Part shown: one piece after another, positions 46,351 through 59,300 of the stretch
Position numbering within the stretch: the first letter of the stretch is position 1
Layout: every line of letters begins with the position of its first letter
From: Raillietiella orientalis
Taxonomy: Eukaryota
NCBI GenBank assembly: GCA_036172245.1
Contig: JAYWIR010000029.1
Coordinates: 496,001 to 560,000 of the forward strand
Direction of reading: 5' to 3'
DNA: 64,000 bases
Notes under the pieces: model-generated
The model's database searches: none
Told to the model about the DNA's origin: nothing
What the model saw: only the letters and a program-made list of their open reading frames with translations
Made by a program: the position numbers and the translations under genes

Positions 46351-46456
46351 GAAAGCACGGGACTTGCAAACAAGGGGGAGGAGGGGAACAGGGAAACAAC
46401 ACAAAAATGGGCACTAAAAAGAAAAAATGATGCAAATGCAGAGCGCGGCCGCCACC

Positions 46457-48680
46457 ATTTTTGCTAACCTCTTCCTTTTCTGTTTTTTTCTTTCCCTCTT
46501 TTTTTCCTTTCCTCTTCTTTTTCTTTTTTCTTTACTTTTCCGTTTTTTCTTCTTTTCTCAATATTTCTTTTTTTTGTTTCCTTCCTATTTCTCTCCTTCC
46601 TTTCTTCTATTTTCTTTCTTATTTTTTCCCCTATCTTCTTTCCTTTGTTTTCTTTCTTCACCTTTTTTTTCTTTTCTCTTTTTTATCTTTTTAAAATTCT
46701 TCTTTCTTTGTCTTTTGTCCTTTCTCCTTTTCTTCTTCTTTTCTCTCCTTTTGTTTTTCATTTCCTTCGAATTTTCTCTCTTTTTTCCCCCTGTTTCCTT
46801 GTCTTTTTCTTTCTTTCTTTTTGTCTTTTTTCTGTCTTTTTTATCCTTTTCTAAGTTCTTTCAATTTCTTTCGTCCATTCCTGTTCACTTTTTTTTCCGA
46901 ACCTTTCTCTCCTTTCAATTGTTTTTCTTTCCTTTTTTTTTTCCTCCCTTTTATTTCTTTTTTTTCTCTCTCCTTTCCCTTCCTTTTCCTCAACTTCTTT
47001 TTTTTTTGTTTCTTCTTTCTTTTTCCTTATTTTTTTCTCTCTCCTCTCCCTTCCTTTTCCTCAACTTCTTTTTTTTTCTTCTTCTTTCTTTTTCCATATT
47101 TTTTTTCTGGACTTTCTCCTCCTTTTCTGCATTTTTTTTCTGTTTTTTTCCCTTTCACTCTCCTTTCTCCTTTTTTCTCCTTTTTTTCTCTTTGCTTTTT
47201 TTCGTGTTTCTTTTTTTTCCTTTTCTCTCCTTTCTGTTCCTTTTCCTCAACTTCTTTTTTTTTCTTTCTTCCTGTATCTTTCATTTTGCTTTTTTTTTTT
47301 TTTACTCTCCTTTCTACTCCTTTCCGTCAACATCTTTTTTTGTCTTCTTTTTTTTCATTCTCTTTTTTTTTCTATTTCTCTTCTTTCTCTTCCGTTTCTC
47401 CTTTTTTCCCCTCTCACTCTCCCTTCTCCTTATTCCCCCCCCCCCCTTTTTTTCTCTTTTCTTTTTTTGCTTCTGTCTCTCTCATTTCTCTTCCTTTTCC
47501 TCAACTTCTTTTTTTTTATTTTTTCTCTTCCTTTTTTTCATTTTGTTTTTTTTACTCCTTTTCTGCTCCTTTCGGGTCAACATATTTTTTTTCTTTTTTT
47601 TTTCATTTTCTTTTTTTTCTATTGCTCTCCTTTCTCCTCCTTTTCTCCTTTTTTTCTCCCTCTCTCTTTTTTTTCTGTTTCTCTCCTTTCTGCTCCTTAT
47701 TCCGAACTTCTTTTTTTCTACTTTCGTTTTTCTCTTTCCTTTTTTTTCCTGTCCTATCTTCTCCTTTTCTTCTTCTTTTTTATTTTCTCTTTTCTTCTTT
47801 TTTCTCTCATCTCTACTCCTCTTGCTTTTTGTTTTTTTTTTTTGCTCCCTCTCCTTCCTCCTCTTTTTCCTCAATTTCTTTTTTTTTTCGCCTTTTTTTC
47901 CTCTTTTATTGTTTTTGTCTTTTTTTTCTTTTCCTTTTTTCCCCTTCCCTTTGTTTGTTCTTTTTTCCCCTTTTTTGTTTTTCCCCTTCTTGCCTCTTTC
48001 CTTTTCCTTTCTTTTTCCTTTCCTCTTCTTCCCTGTTTTTTTTTCCTCTTTGGCTGCATCCATAGCTCCCACGGGGTGCGGCAGCGAAAGGACCAAAACC
48101 AAATAGGCAGGCAGACAGATACGAATCCTCAGCCACTGCAGCAGCCCAAGCGAGGGATTCCGAAGAGCAAAGATAGAGAGCAGAGCAAACACTCATCTTT
48201 TCTTGTCTTGTCGACCACCGCCATCGCGGCACACAAGCCACGGAGAGCCACAGAGCAAACCAACAATGGAGCGTCCATCAGCACCAGCAGAGCCGCCACA
48301 GCCAAGTGGATCTTCTTCCTCCTCTTATCCGGCACCTCTGCTCTCTTGCTTGTGATCCTTTTTTCCTTTTTTTGGGTTTTCTTCCCTTTCCATTTTTTTT
48401 TCTTTCCTTCTCATTTTTTCCTCTCCGTTTCTTTTTTTCTCTTCTTCTTCTCCCTTTCCCCCTCCCTCCACCTTTCTTGTCTTTTCGTTTGTTCTCTTTT
48501 CAGTTTTCCTTTTTTCGATTTCCTTTGGGGGCTCTCCTTTTTTACTGCTCAATCTTTTTTCTTATCTCTTGCGTTTCGTCTTTTTTTCCTTTCTTGTTTT
48601 CTTTTCTCTCTTTTTCTTTTTGGGGAATTTTTTCTCTTTCCTTTTTCTTCATTTCCTTCATCCTTTGTTTTTTTCTTCGC
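46457..48680. repeat. Long aperiodic polypyrimidine (T/C) low-complexity tract, with a mixed-sequence island at ~48050-48310
   Basis: Nearly all T/C on the plus strand. Confidence 0.95.
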
Positions 48681-51600
48681 ACGACAAGAACTTCAACATT
48701 CCAAGAACCAAAGAAGGTCTTCGAGGCACCCGAAGCGCTCGCTATGAAACCGAGAAAGCGACACAGCTCGAGTGACGTCACTACCGCAGCTCAAGAAAAA
48801 TGGGGACAGAACTCACTCACGTCGACAGGAAGAGACGAACGCAGGGGTGGTGCCAGGGGACGCGGTGCTTCCTCGGCGGTAGGAGAGCACGGGCGGCCGC
48901 CAGGTCCACCCTGCACAGATGGGCGGGACGGAATTCGCTCGCACCCTAGCGAAATTTCTTCCCATCAAGGGTCGATGCCGACGATGGACGGCAGGTACCT
49001 TTCAGGAGGCCCGCCGGAGAGGGCAAACACACTCCCTGGAGTAGACCTGGCACCCTACTGCCGAGGGGAACAGTGGGGCGCCGAAGAGTGCGATGCATCT
49101 GGAACGCCAGGGAAACGTCCCAGCGTTTTGAGACTCCAGGAATGCGGGGGGGGGGGGGACAGCTGTTCGAGTGACGTCACTGTAGCTGTGAACGGAAACC
49201 CTGTGGAGTTGGAGCGGGTGTATGGCAACCGAAACTCTAGACTGCGGTGTTCGAGTCCGCATGCGGGATTCGTTTCAGCTTGCAGGACTTGTGTGCCTCG
49301 CCTGCCGGTCGCATGTGGGCTTCTGGGAACGCCGTGATTCCTGATCTGCCTATTCGAGGGGCTGATCGCGACGTCGGATTCGCTATCCGCGCTGCCTGCT
49401 GCTAGCCGTGTTCGTGTGGAGGAGACATCCAAGCGACCACACTTGGCCAGGATGGCCGCTTCGTCCAGTGTTCCCATACACAAGCATAGGAAAGGAAAAA
49501 AAAAAAACAAGAAGGATGAGATGGAAAGGAGGATGTCCCGGGTATGGGGCAAATGGAGGGACTGCGCTGCTTGTGCTTCCTTCATCTGATGGGTCGTGCT
49601 GCCCGTTCCGACCAGCACACGGTGGATGGTCTCTGCGATTCCTGGACCAAGGGACGAATGAAGGGGGTGGAGCAACAGAGGCGTGGGTGGGCTACGGAGC
49701 ACCCTTCGGATGTCCTGGCGACCGAATCGCGTGCTCCTGAAAGAGAGATTTCCGGTTGCCTGCGGGAGGGGGCGGCCCCGCCTTCGCGTTCGAGAGGGAG
49801 CATGCCGTTGGTTCCGCGTGCGCGCCACCGGCCTTTCCGCGCTTTCCTCTCAATCGGTTCTCAGCCGACCCGCGAGCGCCTTCGTAAAGGTCGAGCCCTT
49901 CGCGCGCAGGTATGGGCAGGGCACGGTCGGCTTGCGCAGGCCGCCGGCCCTTCAGCTCGCGCGATTGGCAGCGCAACGACCTGCGATGGCGGTCTCGCTG
50001 CTTGGCAGCTCGTGTGGACGGCAGACGTGCGTGCGGGGAACACGGGTCGTACCCTGAGGCAGGATGCGGTGCTCCTGGGGACGACGGATGCATCCATGGG
50101 TGCCTGCTCCTTGGGACTTGTTCCATCCGTGGAGGCAGCTGAGCTTTCGACTGCAAGATGGGCGTGCACCAGGGCGCGCGAGTTGGAGAGACGGCGGCGC
50201 TCCGCTGATCCTTTCGCGTTGCCGAGGGTCAGCTTTTGCCGCACATCCGCGCAAGTTGCCGCTGGGCAGGCTGGGGTCAAGGTTTCGCCTTCCCTTTGGA
50301 GCACGAGATGGATGCAGCTCATCCGTTCCAGGTCCGACACCACCACATTCCACCATATCTTCCCCATCCGTGGATCCAAGGACTCGTTTGCACGCATGCG
50401 ACCCTAGGCGAAGTAATGACCCGAAACGAAAAGGTCGGCGCCGATTCTTGAAGCTCCCGTGCTTCCCCGAGAGAGGACGCTGACGGGAGGCGGTGATTTC
50501 TCATCGAGCGTGGGGGGAAGGAAACAGGAAATTCGAATTACTGAACGCACCGGAAGAGGACGAGGCTCGGAGACATCGACATTCACCCCGCAACCCCGCA
50601 TCCTGGTTTCCTCGGGAGCGATTCCGCGTCACTCACTTTACAGGTCGCTCGCCGCTCCTATGCCTGGAGCGATCTTGGCGCTCGGCTCCTGTGCGTTCCA
50701 CGTGGCGTCGGGGCAGCTCCCTCTTCTCCTCGGTCCACGTCCAGCAGCAGCAGCTCCGCGGCGGATGTGCATTCCGCGTCTCCAAGGACTTTCTTGCTGG
50801 CGGCGGCGGCCTGTCGCGGGAGCACTGGGATCGCCGATGCTTCCTCCCGCTACCCACCCCAGCCAGGTTGGGGTGGGTGGGACCTCCGCGCCTCGAAAAG
50901 CACGTCCTTTCCTCTTGAGGATGTTGGTGGAAATGAGAGCAAAGAATCGCCGGATAGTCCGTTTCCTTGGATGCCGAATTTTTGGCCCGCCCCACCCGCG
51001 CATGCTGGGGGTTTCGATTGTTGCCTTGCGGGTCAGAAGACCCCGAAGGAGCGATGGTTTGGATGCCTTAGTCCCCTCACTTCACTTCACTTCCCAGTCC
51101 CGCACATATATAAGATTGTTTCAAATTCCGCCGCAGAAAAGAGACTGGAGAATCATCAGAAATGCACTGGCTCAAAAAGAAATAAAAGCGATCTGAGTTG
51201 CAGTTGAGGAACAATTTACACATTTCCATGGGGCACTGATTTTTCCTGAGCATCTAAAGCATGCCAAGTATTTTCTCCATTATTCTTTCGAGTTCAAGGA
51301 ATACCATCATTCATTTGCTCATTGAGATCAATTAGTGAATTTTTTGCTCCCTTGGTTGCGTGTCTTCATGACAGCTTACTTTATCTCTTACCGCTTTAGT
51401 AGCTAAACTCTAATTTTCTCCAGAAAAATGCAGAGACTTAACAGGCATATGTTTTGCATCTAGATCAGTCAAAATTATTGGAAACGGCGCACATTCCAAA
51501 TTTCAAGCAACTTTTACTGCACTTCCATGATGCCAAAGAAACAAAGTCCTCCTCTGTTTCAAGCAGCAGGAATCAATCCTTCAACTCAGATATTCCATGG

Positions 51601-52099
51601 GATAGAATTCTCCACACTCACATCAAACACAGACATGCCATTCATATAAAGTGGAATTCAACCACATTCCTCTGGAATGAACGAAATCTACAAAAGCATC
51701 CACAAAGTATCACGGGTGCCTCGCCGGTGGAATGATGCATGGTTGAAGCTACGAAAACGTTTGCGACCCCGAATGTCCCACTCCGGGTCTCAGCGTCCGC
51801 AGATCCCCGTGTCGACCACCCGTTAAGTGGTTTCTGAGTCTTTGCTGTACAGCCGTTCTCTTCCCAGTCTGCCGGTGTTGCACTGTCATGGTGGTTGCTC
51901 TGAGGAAGGACCGCAATGAGGTGAGCGCGGGTAAACGACGACCACAGCATCTTGCGCGGGTCGCTGACGATCTCTTCCAAATACTGAGGAGCACATCTGC
52001 CACGCTGCGTTAAGACGCACTCTGCCCAGCTCGTGTCGTCGACCCTTCCCCGTGCGTAAACGGACTCCTAAAGCTATGCAGTCTGGTTCGAGAAGAGGT

Positions 52100-54670
52100 A
52101 GGAGATCCAGGGGTTCTCCCTCGGAAAGGCAATCATTGGGCTAAGTGGATGCCTACCCACGTTAGTTAGCGACGGAAAGGGATGGGGGTCCTTGGCAGCC
52201 GGTTGCCCGCTTGACCGGAAGGCGTGCTGGCATTCACCAAGGTATCATCCAGAACTTCGCCGCAAGGGCGATTTTTCTGGATTGAGCTGATGCTCCCTTC
52301 GCTCCAACGTACGCAGGCCAAGATCATCGTCCCAGCTTGAAGCACGGCTGTATTTGGAGCGAAATCTAGACCTCAGCGTGCCCACAGGGCTTATCGTAGG
52401 AGGTGCTCTGTCCGCTTTTCGATGGCAAAAAGATCGATGCAAACGGAAAATACAAGGAAAGGACTACGAGTTCTTCGGTGGACGAAGAACTCAACAGTTG
52501 GCTCCAACGAAACAGTCCTCTAGCCCGATGACACAGATTGACAGTATCTATCAGCTCACTCTCCTTCCGAATTTCTTAGAGTTGAGAAAATTTCTTGGAG
52601 AACATCTTCCAGTGCGAGGTTGCAGAAGGGACTCGGAAGAACTTTCTCCTCTAAGGAACAAGCTCTTCTGCCCTGATTGATAATGTGGAAGCCGACGTCT
52701 CCTGTCAGCAGGAGTTATAATTGATTGTACTGTAAAAGATCCAAGGGTGACCTTGTAAGAACGCGACAAGCTGCCTCAGCAGGAATAAACTTCCTCTGGG
52801 AACTGATTTAGTGGCGCGACAGCAATCTTCAAAGTCCTTCTCTGCCGAACTGTGCGCAGAAAGATGTGTCGCGCGAGCGCATACTGCGAAGACTTCTACA
52901 ATTTGGCTCACATTCGAAACTGCACATCCAGTCCCATGTTTTCCTGCGTCAGGGTGCATCAGCCTGTGTTCTAACTTTCCTAGAGCGGGAAAGCACAGAA
53001 TGGTGGTGAAAGAGGAGAAAGGTCCTGTAATAGAGAGAGAGATCACAATTAGACACCTCGAAGCCAGGTAAGAGCAGAGATGGACCGCTGCTGAACGGCA
53101 TCGCCGAGGCCGTTGAGCATAGGTAAAAAGGGAACCGTTTGAACGATCCTGTTGTCCTACAGGATCGTTCAAACGGCATCTCCTCACTTTTTCTGATCCA
53201 TTGGATGCATCGTTTCATGCACCAGGACGGATTTTCCTCCGGAGACCCCCATGCTGAGAAGCGTGTTGTTTCCAACGTGGATTCTTTTCTTTTTTGAACT
53301 CTCTCTCTTCGAAGCAGTCGATCTTCTACGTTTCCTACTTGACCTTGAATCGATATCGTGGGAATCGAATAACTCCAGAACCATGGCTCGACCACTCTGG
53401 AGTGTGTGCCGAGGGTCGTGCGGAAGGGATGCCGACTCGGTCGGCTCGCTTGCAACACTTTGTCCTTGAGCCGCTCCATGCAAGGTCGTCTTGCCCTAGA
53501 AGATCTTCACTCTATACAGCCAGTCGCTTATGCGCACACAGAACGCAGTCTTCATCTCCGACTCTTCGTCTCCGCTCGAACCTGCCCTGTGTTGCAGAGG
53601 GGACGGACGTTCCTAGTGAACGCGACGAAATGCTCGTCGTTACATCGCGTGTCTCTCCCGGTCCCTACGTTCTGCCTTCGCAGCTTCTCGCACTCTTCAT
53701 CTCCAAAGTAGATAGACAGAATGCATGGATGGTTCCATTCACGTTTTGGGGTAGCACGTGTTCCCTTTGATTCCAGGGATCCTCCTCGACAAGATACTTG
53801 CTCCGTCGCGTAAAGGATGGTCATTGTGGTGATCGCTCGACAAGTGTTTTCACCATGGCCTGCCTGTGATTGCGTCTTCCAACTTGTCGTCAGCTGAGAG
53901 GATTCTCAAGTTGCTATTCTCAAACATCCGCACATCTCTGGATGCGGTGAAAGCAAAATCGCTCTCCGCCCCGGACTCTCATCTTGTAAGAAGGTATCTC
54001 AACGGATGTACAGACAATCCTCCTGCTGAGATGGTCTGGTTTGACCTTAAGTTCTTCTCGTCGTGCTGCCAAAGTCTCGGGTCCTTTCTTTTGCACGACG
54101 AGTGCTCGAAGCACAATCCTCATGGGAATCGCAGTTAAAAGAGCAGCCATCGTGTGCGCTTACGTCCATTACCGAATTCGTGAATGCGAATTTCTGTTTG
54201 TGAGAAATTATGAGAAACCGGACTCTTTGCTTCTTTTTGTACCGTTCTGGTCACCTCGTGATTTTCTACGTAGAGATGTGAGAAACGGTCTCTTCTCAGT
54301 ATGGAACTTTTTTTTTTCGGTATCCTAGTCGTTGTCGTCAAGATGTCAATTAAGTTGCCGGAGTCTCAAAGGGCAGTCGCGTTCTTTCGGCTCCAGAAGT
54401 CGTGGACAGTCCAATGACCAATTTCCGTGCTTACAAGATCTTCGTACCCTGAATTGTGTTCTCGTTTCTCGATTCTTCGCGTATTGTAACGTGACTCGGT
54501 TCTCTTCCTTTCCAGAATTTGCGTATGCATGCTCATGGAATAAACTGTACATGCTGCAGCGCTACGAGAGCTTCTTGAAACGAAGTGTCCCAGCTTCCCT
54601 GCCAGTGCATCGTGAGCTTTCGATCACGGAACCGAAATCAGCATCCGAATGGAAATATTTTGTCCCGTAA
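52100..54670 (+). mobile_element. Decayed DIRS1-like tyrosine-recombinase retrotransposon (RT, RNase H, MT, YR)
   Basis: Collinear remnants: LDL...AFRWQ...YEF...LAP and GVIID (RT); DAS and ELSLFEAV (RNase H); LRLFVS and PSQLLALFISKV...W (MT); HLVRRYLNG and YRIRE (YR). Confidence 0.55.
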
Positions 54671-55029
54671 AGTGAACAAATCTCAATGTATTCCCAGATT
54701 TTTCAGTCCGAGTGGAGTTGCATTTGCAGGAGGTTGGAAATGAAAACGGAAATTTCCCTTTGGAGAAGAAGTCATGAAGTTTTTCATGGCTCGATAGCAG
54801 GAAACACAGTTTGGGAACAGACAGTAAAGATCCATTGTACGAGAGGTACTTGTTTATTTCATTACTCGAAAGACATTTGCTTGTGCCCGCTTGCCCTTCC
54901 TTTTTCTTTTTCTTTTTGAAACGAAAAATTCCTTTCGTTCCTTCCAGGTAAAATTGCACGCTGCTATCTGGAGCCAACAGCGAGGGACAGACCCAGAAAT
55001 GAAAACATTTCTTTTTCCCCTTTTTCTTG

Positions 55030-57941
55030 CGTGAATTTCCGAATAGGTGGATCAGGCCCGCAGTTGAAGAAATCCCGTCGGGCTGTGCTGCAACGATTCA
55101 TCCTGGTTATCGGTATCCGATTGGGATGAGGCTGAGTGCTTCCTCCAAAACTGCTCCATCAAGCAGGTCGCTAACTTGGGAAGCCCTCAATGGCTGCAGC
55201 CAACATGCCCAGGCGCCGTCCAGGGGATCACTATCCTTCTTGTGCACTTTTCCAAGTGGCAGTGGTGAACACAGCATCGAAAAGGTTCTCTGCTCGGTGT
55301 AGCTTCTGTTCCGATTCGTACTCTTTGTAGTTCGAGCATCTGGCGTCGGCGATTCACTCTTCTTATGTGGCAGCAGGCACGCAATCACAGAACTTCTGTG
55401 AGGTCGATCCATCAACTGGATGACGCAAGTAGTTTCAATCCTTCAAGGCAAGCTTTCTGGCAACGAACCTCAAGCACGGGCTTCGCTACTCCAACTAGAG
55501 ACGGATCAGGGAGAGAATCAGTGGAAAGCACTGCGAAACTACTGGCCTCCGACGTTTGCTGGAACGGTACTCCAAAGATTTCATTTCGAAGCCAACAAAG
55601 TACTCATCCCACTGTAGGCATGACGGTAAGCAGGATCGGCATCTGCTGAGCTGATGACGACATGTTTCGCTGGCTACAAGGATGACTGCAGCTCGTGCTG
55701 GTGATCCGTGGACACGGTGCGGACGTCGCTGTGCTGGTGCGAAGGGGTAGTAAAGGGAGTAGGTAGATAGCCGACAGGGAGTACCCGGTAGCCGGGGTCG
55801 GACACAATTAGAGGAACGGGACGGAGCCAAGCGACGGGAAGGCGACGAAGACGAATGTCCCGTGTGCTTTGGCTGCCTTCACCCACTCCAAGGTACGAAC
55901 ATGCAGTTTCTTCCTCGGTCGCGTGGTAACCCTGTTGAAGGAAAACCCCAGCTAGTTGGTTCGCTGCTCCGCAAACGCCAACGCCTGGCTAAAGGAAACA
56001 GTTGGCACGTCCGAGCTGACATCCGAGAATTGGAACTGACAGCGACTCTGCAACCGCGCCCGCTGCTCGCTGAGGAAGACCCTGGAGTGTCTCAACAGGA
56101 GCACATGGGCGGAGACGACCTCTTCTCTCCCCCGCTGCAGTGATGCCCTTCTTGAGGAAAACACTTGGCAGCAGCCAAGAGCCGAGGTGGCAAGTCTCCT
56201 GAGAGATCTCAGGCAGACGGAAGTTGATGAGGACCATTCGGCAGCTCACGGATGCTGTGACCTTCCATGAGGATTACAGCGCTCGGGCGACCTGCTCGGT
56301 ATACCATTCAAAGACCTGGAGTGGCGCGCAGCGCTCCACAATACAAGCATTCTTCCCCAAAGTGGTAGGAGTCGGCACTTCCGCTATAGAACTGGGATTT
56401 CCCCAGCAGCGCCGCCGAAAGCACTAGACGATGGACAGGGTGAGCCCACACACTGTTGTCGGTGCGGGGAACTGGGGTCCCTCCCTCACATTTCAGTGGA
56501 TTGTGTTGCCCTCTGGTCCCTATGGGAACGCTTGAAAACGACCCTCCGGATACCGGTTGACCCCCCAGGAACGTTTTACGGCTCTCCTTCGTGCGTGATG
56601 CCTTGCAGTCAGCCGCAGCCCCAGCAGCACTTTGCTGCATCTGCGGGACTGTGGAGCGGTGTGGAGCGAAGCCAGCGGAGGAAGAAGCGAGAGGGATACC
56701 GACCTATTCGCTGTTCGCCTTCTGCGGAAAGCGTCCAGATGGCCCCAGCTGGGCAGTATACGGACGGACCTAGCCGGCATCCTGCCAAAGGATGCAGACT
56801 CCCTCCAGCGGTCAGTCATCCCTGCCCGATCCTCCAGATTGTTCCTTTTTATTTTTGTTTCTTTTTTTATTTTATTTTTCTTTTTGGGTGGCAATTCCAG
56901 GCATCGCAACCAGCAGCGTTCCCACCCTGCAGCACCTCTTTCGGGAGGAGGTTCGATGCGGGAGGAGCGTATCAGCCGCCTTGAGCCAACGCCGCTCGCG
57001 CCAACACCATTTCCTGCGGCAGAGCGGGCGCGGAGACCGCCGGTTTCTCCGAGATCGCCGCCCGTGCGCACCAGTCGTCCCAAGATGGAAAATAGGAAGC
57101 TGCTGCACCGTGGGACAGGTGATCGGGTGTTTCACCAGGTGGCACTTTCCGCAGTCGTTCTAGCAAGTCCACACTTCTGGTCTTCAGCAGGAGGAAACCG
57201 GAAGAGCTGCCTCGTCCGACGCACCTCCATCGATGCGAACGAACGCTGCAAGATCGCGGTTGATGGCCGACTTCCAGCTTCCGCGTCGCCAACACAACTC
57301 CATCGGCGATCCGAGATCATGGATTCGACGCCCGGACGCGTGCGCAATTCGGTTTACGGGAGGAGGAGGATAGTATGTTGTGGTGGTTCCAGGACAGCAA
57401 CCTGTCTTCCCGTGTACGGCGAACACGCCGAAGAGTTCTAATTTCCACCCTTTTCCTTTCGAAGTTTTTCGGATGGTTCCAGGTTTCGCGTGTTTTGCGC
57501 GGCGACAGGTGAAAGAATACGAAACAGGTACAGCGCTTCCCATGTTGCACGTGGAGATGACCACCTTGCAGCAGGGGATAACCAAAGGATTCCGATCCTC
57601 ACGAAAGTGACAAGTTGGACGGATTTCAAGCGTTACATGACTAAGGATCCATGACCAAGAACATTTTCCATCGCCTCCTGACGCGAGACGCTTTGCGTTT
57701 CCTGTTGCTCGTATCGAAGGCCTCCACACGCGCTCAGACGTCCCGAGTTGGATCTCAGCCGCTGGCGCACCGTTACCAACAACTTCTACCGACCATCTCG
57801 ATTTCCAATCTTGTTTCAAGTCGCAACGGCCGGCTTCACTGAATCTTTGGGAGCCTCCCTGTTGCGAGGGCCAAGTGATCCCAGTGATCCGGGAATTCCT
57901 GCGTCCTGCCCGAGCGGAATTCGACTCCTGGGTAGGATGCA
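55030..57941 (+). mobile_element. Decayed non-LTR element, N-terminal region up to the RT start
   Basis: Its right end is the reverse complement of 45371-45628 and includes the NSTPG*D motif. The left boundary is uncertain. Confidence 0.45.
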
Positions 57942-58049
57942 TATTTTTTTTCCCACTCACGTTCGACAGGCAGCTCGGAGGCTCGATGTGAAGTGGGAAG
58001 CCAGGAGCGAGGATCCTTGGAAGCGGAACCGGGAAGCGTCCTTCTTCTC

Positions 58050-59300
58050 CGGGGAAAGGAGTTCTTGATGAGAAAGTGAAAGAACGGCAGCAAGCATCCC
58101 CACCTGCCGACCTTTTCCATTCCAATCTTGGTCGTATCGAACCGTGAACTGTAGCTGACGCGAACGTTCAGGCTGGCACGCCATGATCTTGCTGCTTCTG
58201 GTCCCGGATTTCTGGAGTCGGTGGTTGGATTTGTGACGTCGTTCCTCCTGTCGATCGTCTGCTTCTGATGCAATCATCTCGTCTCCCATCATCCCGGGTA
58301 CCTTGAAGTCGTCTGCTTCCTCCCTCGGTTGCTCGCCCAAGTAGGTGACACTCCAGTGGGCACCGCGGTATGGAGCCGCATGAACGCGGCGACAAGCAGC
58401 TGCCTTAGTTTTGGGGAGTGTGGCCACTCGGATGACAGAGTTCAGTCTCGTGGCAGTGCATGACTTCTCGGATCGCAACGCCCAAGGAAACCACTTGTGA
58501 AAGCGTCATCTCTTGGCCAAAATCTTGATACTGGAATTCTAGTTGCTGCGTGGTTAAACTGAAGGCTGAGTGCGTGTTTTCGCTCTGACAGAAACCGCTT
58601 CCAGGACTTCCAGACGATGGGTTGTCGAGATCTCTTCGAGCGGGCGTAAGTTGTACTCTGCACCGGGAACGCGCTGTTTTGCTGAGAGATGCTCTTCCTT
58701 GCTGCAGTGTTGGTTGCGACGCTGAAATGGCTTTCTGCACCGTGACCGTCCGAGTAGTGGACAAAGCCTCTCGTGCCGTGGTTTCCCAAGTGAAGCGGCG
58801 TCTCATCCCACAGTCCACAGCTTCGACACGTGCCATCCCGCCTTTGTTCTCCTTTCTGATCCACGTTGTAAGACCCAGACGCAAAGATTCAGTCTTTCCG
58901 AGCGGTTGAAACGTTAGTCGACTGATTGCAGGTGATTTCCGGATGCGGCGAAGTGGTTGCAACTAGGATGGCGCCCGTTGTAGCGCATTTCCTTGCTTTG
59001 ATCGGGTTGTGGTTCAACGATTTCGTGCGCGTTCTCGGTATGCCGGCTGGAATGAACGTTCCAGGCTCTTCTTACGTGACACCGACAGGGGATCTCGAGG
59101 CACCTGCGATTTCTTACGCGAAAGGTCCCTCGAACTTTGCTGATGCGTTCGCAGCCGTCTGGTGGTTGCTGTCCTTGATCTCCTTGGTCCGCTTCATGTC
59201 CCAGCTATGGTTTCCCTTCTCTCGAAGTTTGTTGGTGCATTCCTGACACGGCTAACAAGGAATGGATTTCTGTTCTGGCTCGCGTGCGAAATCGATCCAC
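58050..59300 (-). mobile_element. Decayed non-LTR element, RT end to REL endonuclease
   Basis: Remnants NPIKARKCAT, KGGMA, DVTNP and VGRWG, in the expected order. Confidence 0.45.

Noticed and set aside
46427..48747. Long Phe/Leu/Ser-rich ORFs (559, 414 and 426 aa) and Lys/Arg/Glu-rich antisense ORFs
   Set aside because: They are open only because the T/C tract lacks stop codons in all frames.
49000..51200. Overlapping 120-290 aa ORFs on both strands as real genes
   Set aside because: GC-rich sequence open in many frames with no coherent domain; probably decayed TE.
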